A DNA stretch of 62,356 nucleotides, filler included, from Nemertoderma westbladi (Eukaryota > Animalia > Xenacoelomorpha): assembly GCA_032718475.1 (NCBI GenBank). It is 4 parts of 4 records of this genome, joined end to end, with 100 filler letters (N's around TTAATTAATTAA, not from the genome) between each part and the next. Parts side by side here need not be neighbours in the genome. Positions count along the whole stretch, not along the records: positions 1 to 22,182 come from JAUCBJ010007587.1; 3 more parts are not named here. The stretch is one strand, 5' to 3'. This document shows, piece after piece, positions 1 through 12,223 of this stretch; position 1 is the first letter of the stretch, and each line of letters opens with the position of its first letter. The translations under genes were made by a program, and so were the position numbers. The notes beneath the pieces were generated by a model, which searched no databases, had not been told where the DNA came from, and saw nothing but the letters and a program-made list of their open reading frames with translations.

Positions 1-43
1 TAATTTGGCGGGTTAAACTGCCAAAGGTCTGAAAGCGCGAACA
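1..43 (+). mobile_element. 3' end of an LTR from a sister BEL/Pao subfamily, abutting the inside of the 5' LTR below
   Basis: Sequence ...ccaaaggtctgaaagcgcgaACA matches the LTR ends at ~930-971 and ~11602-11643 (variant ctgaaa vs cttaaaa). It is identical to the LTR end at 44157-44199. Confidence 0.8.
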
Positions 44-971
44 ACGACGGCTAACAGCTGATATTGCCACGTAGAACATCTCTTTGTTCTTTGTTCTCTC
101 TTTGTTCGGTCGACCAATCAGAGCGTTTTTTCTTTGTGTAAAAGCTGTACAGCAGAATCCCATGATTCAGTACTGACGTTTCCCCCACGCCTAAGAACAC
201 CGGCCGTGGAATGTTTTCTAGCATTAGAGCGTCTTTAATTATAAGATCATCAAACTGTTATCTTGGTCAACTTGGTTAAGTACACTTGCATTATTTACTG
301 CTATTTACTGTGTTGTTAATTGTATCATTCGTTTGCATATTATTAATTGGAGAATATTGATAAACGATCAGAAACCTCAATCTTCTTGATACACTAAGGT
401 TAGAGAGACCGGTTACATATAACAATTTGCGACATACATTATCGTGGTTTGTAATGAGTTCAATGCTACTTAATAGGCCCTACAAATGTCGGTTGTTATT
501 CTCTTTATATATGATTAAAATCAGTGAATATCGGCAATTCAATGTGCAGTTGTGTGCAATAGTCTGTGTGTGTTTGACCGAGTAACAAAGCATTTCCTAA
601 AGAATGCACTTTGGTGATCTATAAGACATACCGTTGTGTATAGTGTAAGTCATAGCTCTGTTTAAATAGATAGAGCGCCACGTCCTAAAGGAACTGCTAA
701 TATTTCCCGAAAGTGAATAATATTTGTCAGAGATTATATATTAACTATCAATCGAATAGTACGGTAGGCCTGCACCGCAATCAAATTAAAGCATCCGAAT
801 CCAGTCTCCCGGGTATATCCAGCGGGTGAATGGTCGCGCACAGACTGGCTTCGGCTAATGTTAGAATTATTATAGGTGTTCAATACTTGTCCTAGGCTAA
901 AGTAGATTTATAACCTAGAAGACATATAGATTTGGCGGGTTGAACTGCCAAAGGTCTTAAAAGCGCGAACA
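44..971 (+). repeat. 5' LTR, first ~208 bp missing from the window or displaced
   Basis: Matches 10716-11643 with about 3 substitutions seen by eye (near 377, 775, 942). Ends in ...ACA. Confidence 0.93.
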
Positions 972-1289
972 ATAACAGTTTGTAAAATTCTTGATTGCAG
1001 TGTAGGCAATAAATACAGTTTAATATTGTTCTGGTAAGAACAATAACAGTTTGTTAAACTTCTGATTGCGGCGTAAGCAATCGAGTCGTCGAAAGTACCG
1101 GTCGACCGGTGACCAGTAGGCCCTGACTGCCTGATCACCCGGACCGGTACTTACAACAGTACAGGTACAGCAGTACTATTTCGATTGTGATATTGTATAT
1201 TGTAGGCTGCTAGGGGATTAGGGATTGATCACCCCTCATTCCTTTGTAAGTTAAGATTGAGCAGAAGACGTGTAAGCCTGCTCAGATCG

Positions 1290-1860
1290 TACAGATAATT
1301 TGTAGGCCGGACTGTTGTCTGACTGTTATTAAGTCTGAACGGATTGCAGTGTGTGTAGAGCATCTGTCCAATAAAGTGCTAGTTAGGAACGTAGGGGCTT
1401 CAAGTGCTGTGAGGTAAACCCCCTTTGAAAGAATAAGTCGTACTACTAGGTTAGAACGCATACTAACTAATCATTTCGGAGTCTGCGTATACTGTAGTTT
1501 ATTTAGGCTTGATAGTAGTCTGCCAGCGTTTGGTCTGTACTTTGTTTGTGTAGTCTGTACAGGTAGCGTATAATTCCTATTTAGATAATTTGTAGGCTGG
1601 ATAGTTGTCTGGCTGTTGTTGGGTCTGAGGAAATTTCAGTGTGTGTAGAGTGTATGTCCGATAAAGTGCCAGTTGGGAACGTAGGGGCTTCCAGTGCTGT
1701 GAGGTAAACCCCCTGTGAAAGAATAAGTCGTACTACTAGGTTAGAACGCATACTAACTAACCATTTCGGAGTCTGCACATGCCGTAGTTTGTTTAGGCTT
1801 GATAGTAGTCTGTCAGTATTTAGTCTGCATTTTGTTTGAGTAGTTTGTACGCGTAGCGTA
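1290..1860 (+). repeat. ~290-bp diverged tandem duplication in the 5' leader of the LTR element
   Basis: agataatttgtaggc...gtagcgta at ~1293-1570 recurs at ~1583-1860. Confidence 0.85.
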
Positions 1861-3205
1861 ATATTTATTATTCAGAGTTTATGCGATTATTCGCAACATT
1901 CATATCCCCAAGTTTATTCCTACAGTAATTGTGCTTGTTATACATACCGTTATAGTTAAACTAACCCCGGTACTACATCAGGGCTGCTCGGCGTAGGTAA
2001 AGACTGGAGATTTTGTGCTTTGGTCACTCCGGCAGATACCGTGGTTCTTTTAGCTGTTCAAGTATTTTTAACGACTGATTATTTGTTGTACAAGTACTTG
2101 TACCTAATTTAGGGTTTAGTGTACAGTGCTTTCCGAAGGTAATTAGCGTGTAGGCAGTATATTTGTGTTGTAAAGTGGTTAATAGGCACGTTGGTTCTGG
2201 TAGACCGCGGTAATTAACTTCTGGGTAGGAACACTCCGTGATACATAACGTAGTACTTATAGCGATATGGCTATAAGTCGTCAGACGGTGGTATTTTTCC
2301 TATCTGGACAACGCAGTATATTTACTACTACTTATTATTTTCAAATACCGTAGTACCCTGTCCTTTGTAATAACCAGAAAATCTAACCCTTTGTTAGGCT
2401 GGTTTGTAGACTTCTTGTAAAATTACCCTAAAAATTCGGATTTGTAATTTTTGTGTTTATTTAGAGATTGTAATCTCACCCCGAATTGTACGTAATTTGT
2501 AGTATTAAGTAACTTAGGTAAATTAGAATTATTTGTTTTAGTGTCCAACAAGTAGCACTTCACTGAGAGCGCACAGCTTCTGTGTAGTGACTCCCCCAGA
2601 AATAATAACATTTATTTCAAATATTGACAAAACCCATTTTAACGGGTATATATATTATAAATCAACTTAAACGATTTATAAAATAGTAGGCCTGCCATAC
2701 AACAATTAGGTCTCAATATCAGTTGGACTACTGCTCAAATAACGGTAATAAAGTAAGTAAAGTAACCAAGTAACCCTTAAAATTCAGAAATTCAATTATT
2801 CTAAAATAATTGACATACCGGTATTTACAATAGGCTTATTATATTTATTTCTATAAATTTAGGCTAAATTATATACCGGTATTCTGTAATTAATTCTAGT
2901 CTGTAATTATACTTATATATAATATACATTATAAGTGTAAGCTGTATACCGGTATTCACGATAGGCCTATTATATATTTATATATATATGTGCTGAAATT
3001 ACCTACCGGTATTCTGTGGCAAACCTAGTCTGTGGTGACACTTATATATACCATAAGCATACCGGTATTCTAATATATTATATATATATCACGCTACACT
3101 GAGTAGCAGTATCGGTAATTAATTATTAGGCTAACCGTGATACTGAATTACTAGACTTGCTTTAACTGTATTTATAGCCGTAGGCATTCAACTGTGTAAA
3201 CAAAC

Positions 3206-5145
3206 ATGTCTGACACAACCCAATCACTGTCGGATAGTCTCCTAGAAAGTGTTAGAATGACTGTTAGACAGTGTCTTAAAAAGATCAGTGACCCAGATCC
3301 AAGTATAGAACATCCTAGATCCAAGTCTAAGTCACCTCCTGCTGTAAGAAAGGTCATCCCTACAGAAGTAGTGTCAGACCCTAGGCTAGTAGAACACCGT
3401 AGGTCCATCATCGGCACTCGGGCCCAAGTCAAGCGGGATCAAGAAGCAGTTGTTAAACAGCAGCAACATCCTAGCCAAGAACCTAGTTTTCAGCGGCCCG
3501 ATAGCTCCAGTAGTTCGGATACTGTTGAGCGGACGCCCGAATGCGGAGCGAAGATGGCGGATACGGTTTATGATGAGCGGCCAACCTATGAAGAATCAAC
3601 CGACGCCACTTTTTCTCAAGAAGAAAGCGAAGTGACAGCGGGGGGGCCGCAAAAGAGAGACGCTATTGATATTTATCTGTCAGACTATCAGCGATTCCTA
3701 GGAGACGAAGAGTTGAGGAGACGACTGTCTGGACTTCGCCCTAATAGTGAAGGAACCAAGCTTGTGTTGGACGCAATCGATGCGGAAATGTTAGCTGCGA
3801 ACCAAGCTAAATTTGATGAACGCCTCCGCATCACTAGAGTCCAGGAAGAACAAGTAAAGAAAAAACATATAGAAGACAGAAAGGCAGCGGCAGTAGCAGC
3901 AGCAGTGGCATCGGCAGAAGCTGAAAGAAAAGCGGCCGAAGTGGAAAGAAGGGCTGCAGAGGCAGTGGCAGAAGCAGAACGGAGAGCGGCTGAAGAAACC
4001 ACCCAACTAGAATTGGAAAACATTCAGGAGAATCAAGACTGCATAAATAAATAGTTAACAGCTAGTCAAATGCAGATGATGGGTCGATCTACTCCCAAAA
4101 GACAGGGATATACATCATCTGAGGAAGGCGATACCACCGATACTGAAGGCAAAGGAAATAGATCTCGTCTAAGCAGACGTAGAAGAACATCACACCGTCA
4201 GAAATTGCCTGATTTGCCTCCAGCTGTTAGAAGGCAACTAAATAACACCAACTTAGGTAGTACAGAACCCACAGACCAAATAATTAAAATAGAAAGACTC
4301 TCTACTATAGTAGATGAGCCTGAAACAATTAGGCCTGTTCTTGAAATCACCCCTTCGGTGATAGAGACACCTGTGCTCCCTGAACCTACCTCTAAAATCC
4401 CTCTGCACAGCACCAAGCTACCTGTGCCCAGCAGAACAGCCCATGAGACAGTTCATGTCCTGGACTCCGAGCGAAATATTCATGATTTGTCGCCCGTTGT
4501 CCCTCGTCCGCCCGCTACAACGTTGGCGACTCCCGCTTCGGCGGTCGAATGGGTGGATGAGAGACGACGGGGATGGATCTCCTGCTCGGGCAGATGCAGG
4601 AGACCGTTCAGCGATTCAAGGGCACAGTGAGGGAAAGTAGGTTAGAGTTGCAAGAAGTGCAGCAAAGTATCGCGTTAGAATGCGATAAATTAGTAAATAC
4701 ACAAAAGGGTATACCACCACCCTCGGTAACAATGTGTCAACCTGTTAGGTCTGAAGTATCTCATGCGCAAGGTGTGGAGCCTACACGCATCTATACTGCT
4801 AGCGAAGTAGAAACTCCTATAGTGAACCCTATTAAGGGTAATTATAGACCTGTTGATAATGATATTCCCTATAGACCTGATCATAATCCGAGAAATTTAT
4901 ATACCGATAACTCGATATTAAATAACACGATGGCCCAAGAAAGTTTTACGCGTCAAATGGCTAGAACCGAAACCCGGCAAGCGGTAAAGGTGGGAGAGAT
5001 AGTCAAGTTCAATGGAGATGAGATGAAATGGTTACCTTTTAATGAATATTATAAAGATAACTACAGAACTCTGTACTATCTAACGGAGAGAAACTTAGAT
5101 TCCTCATCGAGTGCTTGGAAGGATCTCCCAAGTCAATGGCGTTAA
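3206..5145 (+). pseudogene. N-terminal part of BEL/Pao gag, disrupted
   Basis: ORFs 3206-4054, 4070-4630 and 4573-5145 form a chain broken by one in-frame stop and frameshifts. They contain a coiled coil and KFNGDEMKWLPF, resembling the DUF1759 Gag start, and lead into 5115-7271. Confidence 0.75.
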
Positions 5146-7271
5146 AGTTTATTGGACATCCAGACGGATTAAGACAAGTTTGGGATACACTGAACATCAG
5201 GTATGGTAATAGGACTAACATAGCTAGGTATTTATATGCTAAATTAATGGCGCCCCGAAAGTTTCTTAGCAGCGGGATTATAGAGTTTTCCGACGAGATT
5301 CAGGAGATCTGTAGACAACTAGATTGGTTAGATAAGTCTCATGAATACCAGAATTCTATGGTTGTAGGAGCCTTAGCATCTAATTTGCCCAAGGGCGGAG
5401 TAGGTACACGCTGGGATAAGACAGTGTTATATATGATGGAACAACAACGAAGAGATCCTACCATGGCTGATCTCATGTCATTCTTAGATGGAGAGGTAAA
5501 ATTACAGCTCCTAAAACAGTCCAGAGAGAAGACACCAGAAAATAAGGTAAGTGAGAAACCCGTTTCTAGGAGAAAGGTAATACCAGTGTGTTATACAGAC
5601 GATGGCGAAAGCCAGGCTTCTCAAGAGGAAGACAGCGGGAAAGACACTGCAAGATCTTACTATGACAACACAGCGCCTAAAGAACAGGTAAGTAAATTCA
5701 AATCTCGAACCAATGACAGGAGAGAACCTGTAAGAAAAACTCCTCCTACGTCTCCTAAGAGAATTCAGGTAAGAAAGCCCGAAGAAAGAACGAGTGTGCA
5801 CAATGTTATTCAAAATAAGGTAAGTAACATCAAACCGAAATGTGTGCTATGTGACGGGACCCACCGTTTGAATATGTGTGATAAATTCCTAAAGAAATCA
5901 TTAACGGAGAGACGGGAAGTCATGTGGGATAAGCGGTTGTGTTATAATTGTCTCAGACGAGGACACCAACGGCGAACCTGTTACTCCGACGCAAGGTGTG
6001 CGAAGTGCGGCGCGAAACATCATCTCTTGTTGCACACTGAATTCGAACGAAACAGCCCGAGTCAGGTAAGTGAGTCCGAACTACATGTCCAATTCAGTGA
6101 TGTGAACGACACTGACCAAAGTTCTGAGATGGAAGGATTCTATACGGACGAATTCTCAGACGAAAACGAATCCTGTTACCTGACAAATACCGCAGTGTAT
6201 CGAGCACTTACGTATGAAAAGGACACCGACAGCGAGCTCCCCCTAACTACTTCTGACAGACAACCATCTTGGAAAGCACCAACTTCCAATGTAGGAATCC
6301 GAGAATTTCCTGTAGTACAGTTAAGGGTCCACGGACCTACAAGGAGTTATATAGTGAACGCCCTCCTTGACTCCGGTAGTACAGGAACATTCATCGACAA
6401 AGAACTAGCCGAAGACATCTTTGCTGGACAACCCAAGTTCCGAACTAAGCTAAACAAGTCAGGAATTATGCAGGTTTGGAAATCTACCGTAATAGCGGAT
6501 TATTATGTAGGCGCGTTGTCCACCCCCCAGGATGAACTAGGAGAACACAGCATAAGGTCAGTAAAAATGGTAGCGATAAAGAACTTCGCGACCAGCCAAG
6601 TGGAACCTTATAACTGGGATGAGGACGATTTCACCCAGCAGCTTGAAATACCTAGATTCAACACCGATTACCCTGGAGTCCAAATACTCATCGGTCAAAA
6701 TGCGCATGAAGCGCTCGAGACATTGGAGAAACGGCCTGCTCAACCGCAACCACTACAAGTCTATGCGGGAAGAACTAGAGTAGGTTGGTACTTTACTGGC
6801 CCTTCTCGTAGAACTCTTATGGAAAGATTACCAAAAGAACAGGTATATCAATTAAGTGAACGGGAAGTGGAGAGCAGTGAAGTTGACGACCCAACTGAGG
6901 GAACACCATACTCCTCAGATAATGACGACATCAACTCCAATGTAGATCAATGGAGACATTGCCCCGAGACGATCAATCCAGCCGACATCGCTTCCAGAGG
7001 AGCAACTCCTCAAGAACTTACAGATACTCCAGACCGGTTAGGTGGACCCGACTTCCTAAGTAAAGAAGATGAATGGCCTCCTCATCTTACCCCGGTGAAG
7101 ATTAGACAGGCCAAGGGAGCGGAGAAAGTAACACAACAACTCAATCGCCCAGCTGGTCGTTTATGTTTACTGGAAAAAAACCGAAAACTGTCCGGAAACT
7201 ATGGAAGGCAAGATACTCTTCCCACGACCACCTCCCTAATCCGACAAATATCTAGGGACTCCATAACGTAA
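5115..7271 (+). CDS. BEL/Pao Gag core + Zn knuckles + aspartic protease, fused to RNase H and integrase C-terminal remnants
   Basis: Knuckles CVLCDGTHRLNMC, CYNCLRRGHQRRTC and CAKCGAKHHLLLH; protease ALLDSGS; RTRVGWYFTGP. These are followed after a short linker by QWRHCPETINPADIASRG and RPAGRLCLLE. No YxDD RT motif and no DDE core. Confidence 0.9.
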   Translation: MEGSPKSMALKFIGHPDGLRQVWDTLNIRYGNRTNIARYLYAKLMAPRKFLSSGIIEFSDEIQEICRQLDWLDKSHEYQNSMVVGALASNLPKGGVGTRWDKTVLYMMEQQRRDPTMADLMSFLDGEVKLQLLKQSREKTPENKVSEKPVSRRKVIPVCYTDDGESQASQEEDSGKDTARSYYDNTAPKEQVSKFKSRTNDRREPVRKTPPTSPKRIQVRKPEERTSVHNVIQNKVSNIKPKCVLCDGTHRLNMCDKFLKKSLTERREVMWDKRLCYNCLRRGHQRRTCYSDARCAKCGAKHHLLLHTEFERNSPSQVSESELHVQFSDVNDTDQSSEMEGFYTDEFSDENESCYLTNTAVYRALTYEKDTDSELPLTTSDRQPSWKAPTSNVGIREFPVVQLRVHGPTRSYIVNALLDSGSTGTFIDKELAEDIFAGQPKFRTKLNKSGIMQVWKSTVIADYYVGALSTPQDELGEHSIRSVKMVAIKNFATSQVEPYNWDEDDFTQQLEIPRFNTDYPGVQILIGQNAHEALETLEKRPAQPQPLQVYAGRTRVGWYFTGPSRRTLMERLPKEQVYQLSEREVESSEVDDPTEGTPYSSDNDDINSNVDQWRHCPETINPADIASRGATPQELTDTPDRLGGPDFLSKEDEWPPHLTPVKIRQAKGAEKVTQQLNRPAGRLCLLEKNRKLSGNYGRQDTLPTTTSLIRQISRDSIT

Positions 7272-7815
7272 CAACATATGGAGCGGGTGTGTGACTATAT
7301 TATTTATATATTTTTTTATTGTTTTATATTATGTATGTATTATTATGTAATTTTATTATAATCGTTTTCTTTAATTTTATTTAGTAGAATGTTATTTTAG
7401 CGATTATTTAGTAGATTAGTGCAATATATTCGCGTTTATTAGTAATTATGTATATTATATTTAGGGCGACGGCGAGAAATAATTATTTTTCTCTTTCCTT
7501 ACTGTCCGTATCATATTATAAATACGTGACTACAGTAAGATGAAATATCCGTACTTATTAAAGTACAATAAAGCCACTACTATATTTAAGTATTATTGGT
7601 AGGCAGAGTATTAGGAATGCAAAGTTCAGATCCTCGTGTCTCAGCTAAACCAAGCTCTGGGTAGACCTTGGAAACGACTTGCCTCTTCACACTGACATTT
7701 CTTCGTGCGATATTGCTCTCATACCGTATATTAAATAATACATATAGTAGCGTGATGTCCCTTTAACAGTAGCGTAAAACGCAAAATAAATCTGTTAAAC
7801 CCTTTGACCATCTGC

Positions 7816-8087
7816 AATTCTAGTCGATTAAGATATCGCGGCACCCACCGATATACTTGAAAGACAAATTCTAGAATCAGTGGTTAACGTCCCCAGGCAA
7901 GTTCTGGAATAAACTGGTGCCCATCCTAAATATTAATTATTAATATTTACAAAATCTGTCAAATATCAGATCCTTTAAAATTCTAGTCGATTAAGATATC
8001 GTAGCACTTACCGATACTCTTAAAAAGACAAAATTCCTAGAATCAAGGATCCCAGTCCCCAGATACATTCTGGAATAAAATTGTGTC
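7816..8087 (+). repeat. ~165-bp-period tandem duplication in the 3' internal region of the LTR element
   Basis: aattctagtcgattaagatatcg...ttctggaataaa occurs at ~7816 and ~7979. Confidence 0.8.
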
Positions 8088-8907
8088 TATTTAACATTAA
8101 ATAATAAAATTACGGGAATAAATTTAAATTCATCTTTTAATGAATTTGATAAATTGTTATTTTATACAATTTATAATATTCCCAAAATTCCATTAATTAA
8201 TAGATCATGGGAGCGGAGATTCACCTCTTAAGTGTATTAGTGTGCGAGAATCTCCAATATAGAGTCAATAGCCGATAAAATTCATAAAATCATATATAGA
8301 GATGATATTGACCATTAAAGACTTACTATTAAATAGCATCCCAGATCTGTATGCATGGGAATTACCCTAACTCTACCGCTAGCTTTCCATAATGTCACCA
8401 TGGCAACAACCACGCTAGAATTAGAAGTGAGTTAAAAGAACAATAAAAAGCTTGCCCATTGAATAGCATACGGAATAAATAGCACACCGCTAGTATCCAA
8501 GGATACATAATAACAACGTGACATTCTGGAAGGCACTTGACTAACGGAGAAATGACCCGAATGTGTGATAGAATGTGTACAATTTGTGACAGTTACGTGG
8601 AATTTGTGCGTTTGTAGGTGAATGTTACTACTAAGGTGTGTTTACAGTAGCGAGTCGCAATTGTGAAAGTAACCCTAACTCTCCAGTAAGAACCTGAAGT
8701 ATATCTAAGCCTTTGGGACGGACGGTGGAGTGGCTCGTGCTGGTTGTTATAGTCGTTGTGCAGCTACGACGTTGGCGATAGGCACATCGGCGAAAGTACA
8801 CCAGCGCTGAGGATCTCGCACTGTCCGGGGGCAGAGAGGGGTAGGCAGCGACGCCCGCTCGCTTAAATATAAACTCATTATAATATGGATAAACTTATAT
8901 AGCAGAT

Positions 8908-9903
8908 ATGATTGAGTTGATAGATGATGATCTTGGTATCAGGGAGCGATATACTCTACCTTTACAAGCGTTTGTTGATAGCTTGATACGCGGCGATGCT
9001 GGTCCAACTACTACGGAGGACGATGGTCGTTATATCTAACCGCCAATCTCCCGGGAGCAACTTGCGCGTGGGTTGGACTGTAGAAAATTTACCGCTCACT
9101 ATACGCATCGTAATGGTATGTATATGGACTTCTTAACTACTGGTCATCCTATCGACCTACACGATACGAACGATATAGACACCAAAAGGGAAATGGTTTT
9201 ATTTAAATATCCTACCCAGCGGAAGCGGAACGATAAACTGAAACTCGAACATGAAAATTCTATTCGAAACCGACTCGAAAGTGCAGATGTTGAAGAGCCG
9301 GATAAACGCAGCGACTTCACCAAATACCTGGAATTCTTGAGAGAAACCTATCTCGATATTACCAGTCAACAGAGTCTAGAAACTCGATATCCTCAAGGTA
9401 TACCTCATGACCGCATGGTAGAACTCAAACGGCTCTATTCCACTATGATGTATCTTACCGCCGATCGACCGCTACCTGTTGTACCGGATAGCTTCGAACA
9501 GATGGAGGAATATTGTAAAACTGGAGAACGATCACCCGCGTTTCCCCTACAAGACGTGCGTCTTTGGTATTATTGCAATGAATGCCCAAGACCCAACCAA
9601 CAAACGAAAAGACATAAACATCCGCGGAGACGTTGCTTTAAACACGGTTTTACTCGCTATATTTACGGGAGTTTCGAGCGAAACTTGTTCGATGTATCAC
9701 CTACGCTCGTTCGACTCAGACGATCCTTAAATAAACCAATGATCAGAGTTTCGGAATACTCGATCAGACCTCCTCATTCCCTAGTGAGACCTCAGACTCT
9801 TGATCCTATTAGTATGACGGATCCTCCCGAGCTGTACCCACTGCTCAAAGATCTAGTGTTACCTGAACAATTAGTCGGTGGCACCCGGTTGTGTGCTTCC
9901 TAG
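8908..9903 (+). CDS. Accessory ORF of unknown function inside the LTR element, at the env position
   Basis: 276-aa ORF 9073-9903 is in frame with an ATG at 8908 across a single TAA at 9037-9039. Contains CNEC...CFKH. No signal peptide or TM segment apparent. Confidence 0.55.
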
Positions 9904-10507
9904 ATATTAGCCCATCCTACCTAGCCGGATTGGGACGCGGACATTTAATATCGCCGTTTAACCCTTACCATCGTCCCGGCTTAACACGATATAACCTGTC
10001 ACCAAAGTGGCGGAGAGCATTGTACGAAACGAGTTAAACGCTATTCTACAAAGATCAGAAAGGAAACCTGCGTTTGTTCAGATAAACGTAAGTTGTAACA
10101 GCAAGTCCAAGCGATAAACGAATTGGCTTTATCTCAGTTCGATTGGGAAATCCAGAATCTCTAAGAAGATATCGAACTTAGACAACTCTATTCTCTGCGA
10201 GAGTTTTGGATGAACGTATCCAGCTACGAGCGGAGGAAAATCAGCTCGAGGAGAAGCATATCGAAACGGCGGATACCCCGACCATAATCCTACACCTTCT
10301 GATGCAATCATATTGCACCCTTCACCGAGGAGTTACAGCCCTCCTAGTAAAGTGGCTCGCCCCAAAGAGAAAAGGACTCTTGCTAGCCTCAAAAAGCTGC
10401 GTAAACGCCGTCCGCGTAAGAAAGACTAACTGTTTAGAGTATTTTTATATTTTAGAAACTGTGATTTGTTATATTTTATAGACTTAAATCCCATTTTCTG
10501 GGAGCGG

Positions 10508-11643
10508 TGTAAAGGCTTTTGCGTAATTAGCTGGTTATTTTCCCCGTAAAGTACTCTGTAGTTGGTTTACCAGGCATAAAAAGGCCGTGTCCTTACTGTA
10601 CTGGTGTTTTAGAGGAGATAAAAGTAATTTCTTCTGTATGTGTACTTTAGCGGACATAATCCGCAATTCTATGACGCAAAAGCCGAAATACTCTTGAAAC
10701 AGTGTCGCTACCATGACGACGGCTAACAGCTGATATTGCCACGTAGAACATCTCTTTGTTCTTTGTTCTCTCTTTGTTCGGTCGACCAATCAGAGCGTTT
10801 TTTCTTTGTGTAAAAGCTGTACAGCAGAATCCCATGATTCAGTACTGACGTTTCCCCCACGCCTAAGAACACCGGCCGTGGAATGTTTTCTAGCATTAGA
10901 GCGTCTTTAATTATAAGATCATCAAACTGTTATCTTGGTCAACTTGGTTAAGTACACTTGCATTATTTACTGCTATTTACTGTGTTGTTAATTGTATCAT
11001 TCGTTTGCATATTATTAATTGGAGAATATTGATAAACGATCAGAAACCCCAATCTTCTTGATACACTAAGGTTAGAGAGACCGGTTACATATAACAATTT
11101 GCGACATACATTATCGTGGTTTGTAATGAGTTCAATGCTACTTAATAGGCCCTACAAATGTCGGTTGTTATTCTCTTTATATATGATTAAAATCAGTGAA
11201 TATCGGCAATTCAATGTGCAGTTGTGTGCAATAGTCTGTGTGTGTTTGACCGAGTAACAAAGCATTTCCTAAAGAATGCACTTTGGTGATCTATAAGACA
11301 TACCGTTGTGTATAGTGTAAGTCATAGCTCTGTTTAAATAGATAGAGCGCCACGTCCTAAAGGAACTGCTAATATTTCCCGAAAGTGAATAATATTTGTC
11401 AGAGATTATATATTAACTATCAATCGAATAGTACGGTAGGCCTGCAACGCAATCAAATTAAAGCATCCGAATCCAGTCTCCCGGGTATATCCAGCGGGTG
11501 AATGGTCGCGCACAGACTGGCTTCGGCTAATGTTAGAATTATTATAGGTGTTCAATACTTGTCCTAGGCTAAAGTAGATTTATAACCTAGAAGACATATA
11601 GATTTGGCGGGTTAAACTGCCAAAGGTCTTAAAAGCGCGAACA
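10508..11643 (+). repeat. 3' LTR, 1136 bp, TGT...ACA
   Basis: Starts TGT right after a short purine-rich gggagcgg and ends ...gcgcgaACA, where identity with the 5' LTR stops. Confidence 0.9.
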
Positions 11644-12223
11644 CATATACCGACCACTATGACTATGTACTGAAAACTATCGCTGTTTAAAATGCCATGT
11701 TAACTCTCAATTAAAAAGTTGCATAAAAAAAATTGCTCAAGGTCTCAGAAGTGTTTATGGCCTGTTTTGTGTTATTCCACCCCCATACTATAATTGAAGC
11801 CAAAAAATTGCGTCCGTACCCTACTTTATGGTTCGACCCCATTTCTCCTGGACTATTGTGAATTAAAGAATCAAAGATCATTAGAGATTTTCGATATTCT
11901 CACCACTGACAAAAGTCCCTAACAAATACACCACTGCATGTCAAACAAACAGAACATTAAGGAGACGTGACAATTTGAATTTAACAAAGTTATATTTAAC
12001 ACAACAAAGTTTATTTAACACTTTACCCCAAACGGGCGGTGTATATTTAACTATTAATACATTCCAAAAGTTACAGTTACAGAGAAATAAATATATACGC
12101 AAATACAATTAATTGCTTGTCAGAATGAACCCAATAACGCCGCAGAAAACAAACATCAGGCCTAGCACCATAAAATAAAGTACAACTATATTTCCTTCCA
12201 CATTCGTTTACAGCCGTCAACTA

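Larger units (their letters stand above)
44..11643 (+). mobile_element. Non-autonomous BEL/Pao LTR retrotransposon, internally deleted
   Basis: Direct repeats 44-971 and 10716-11643 at offset 10672. Internal Gag with three Cys/His knuckles, an aspartic protease, and RNase H and integrase C-terminal remnants. Confidence 0.93.

Noticed and set aside
7596-7608. tggtaggcagag as a tRNA-iMet PBS
   Set aside because: One-base insertion relative to TGGTAGCAGAG, and not preceded by an LTR ending in CA.
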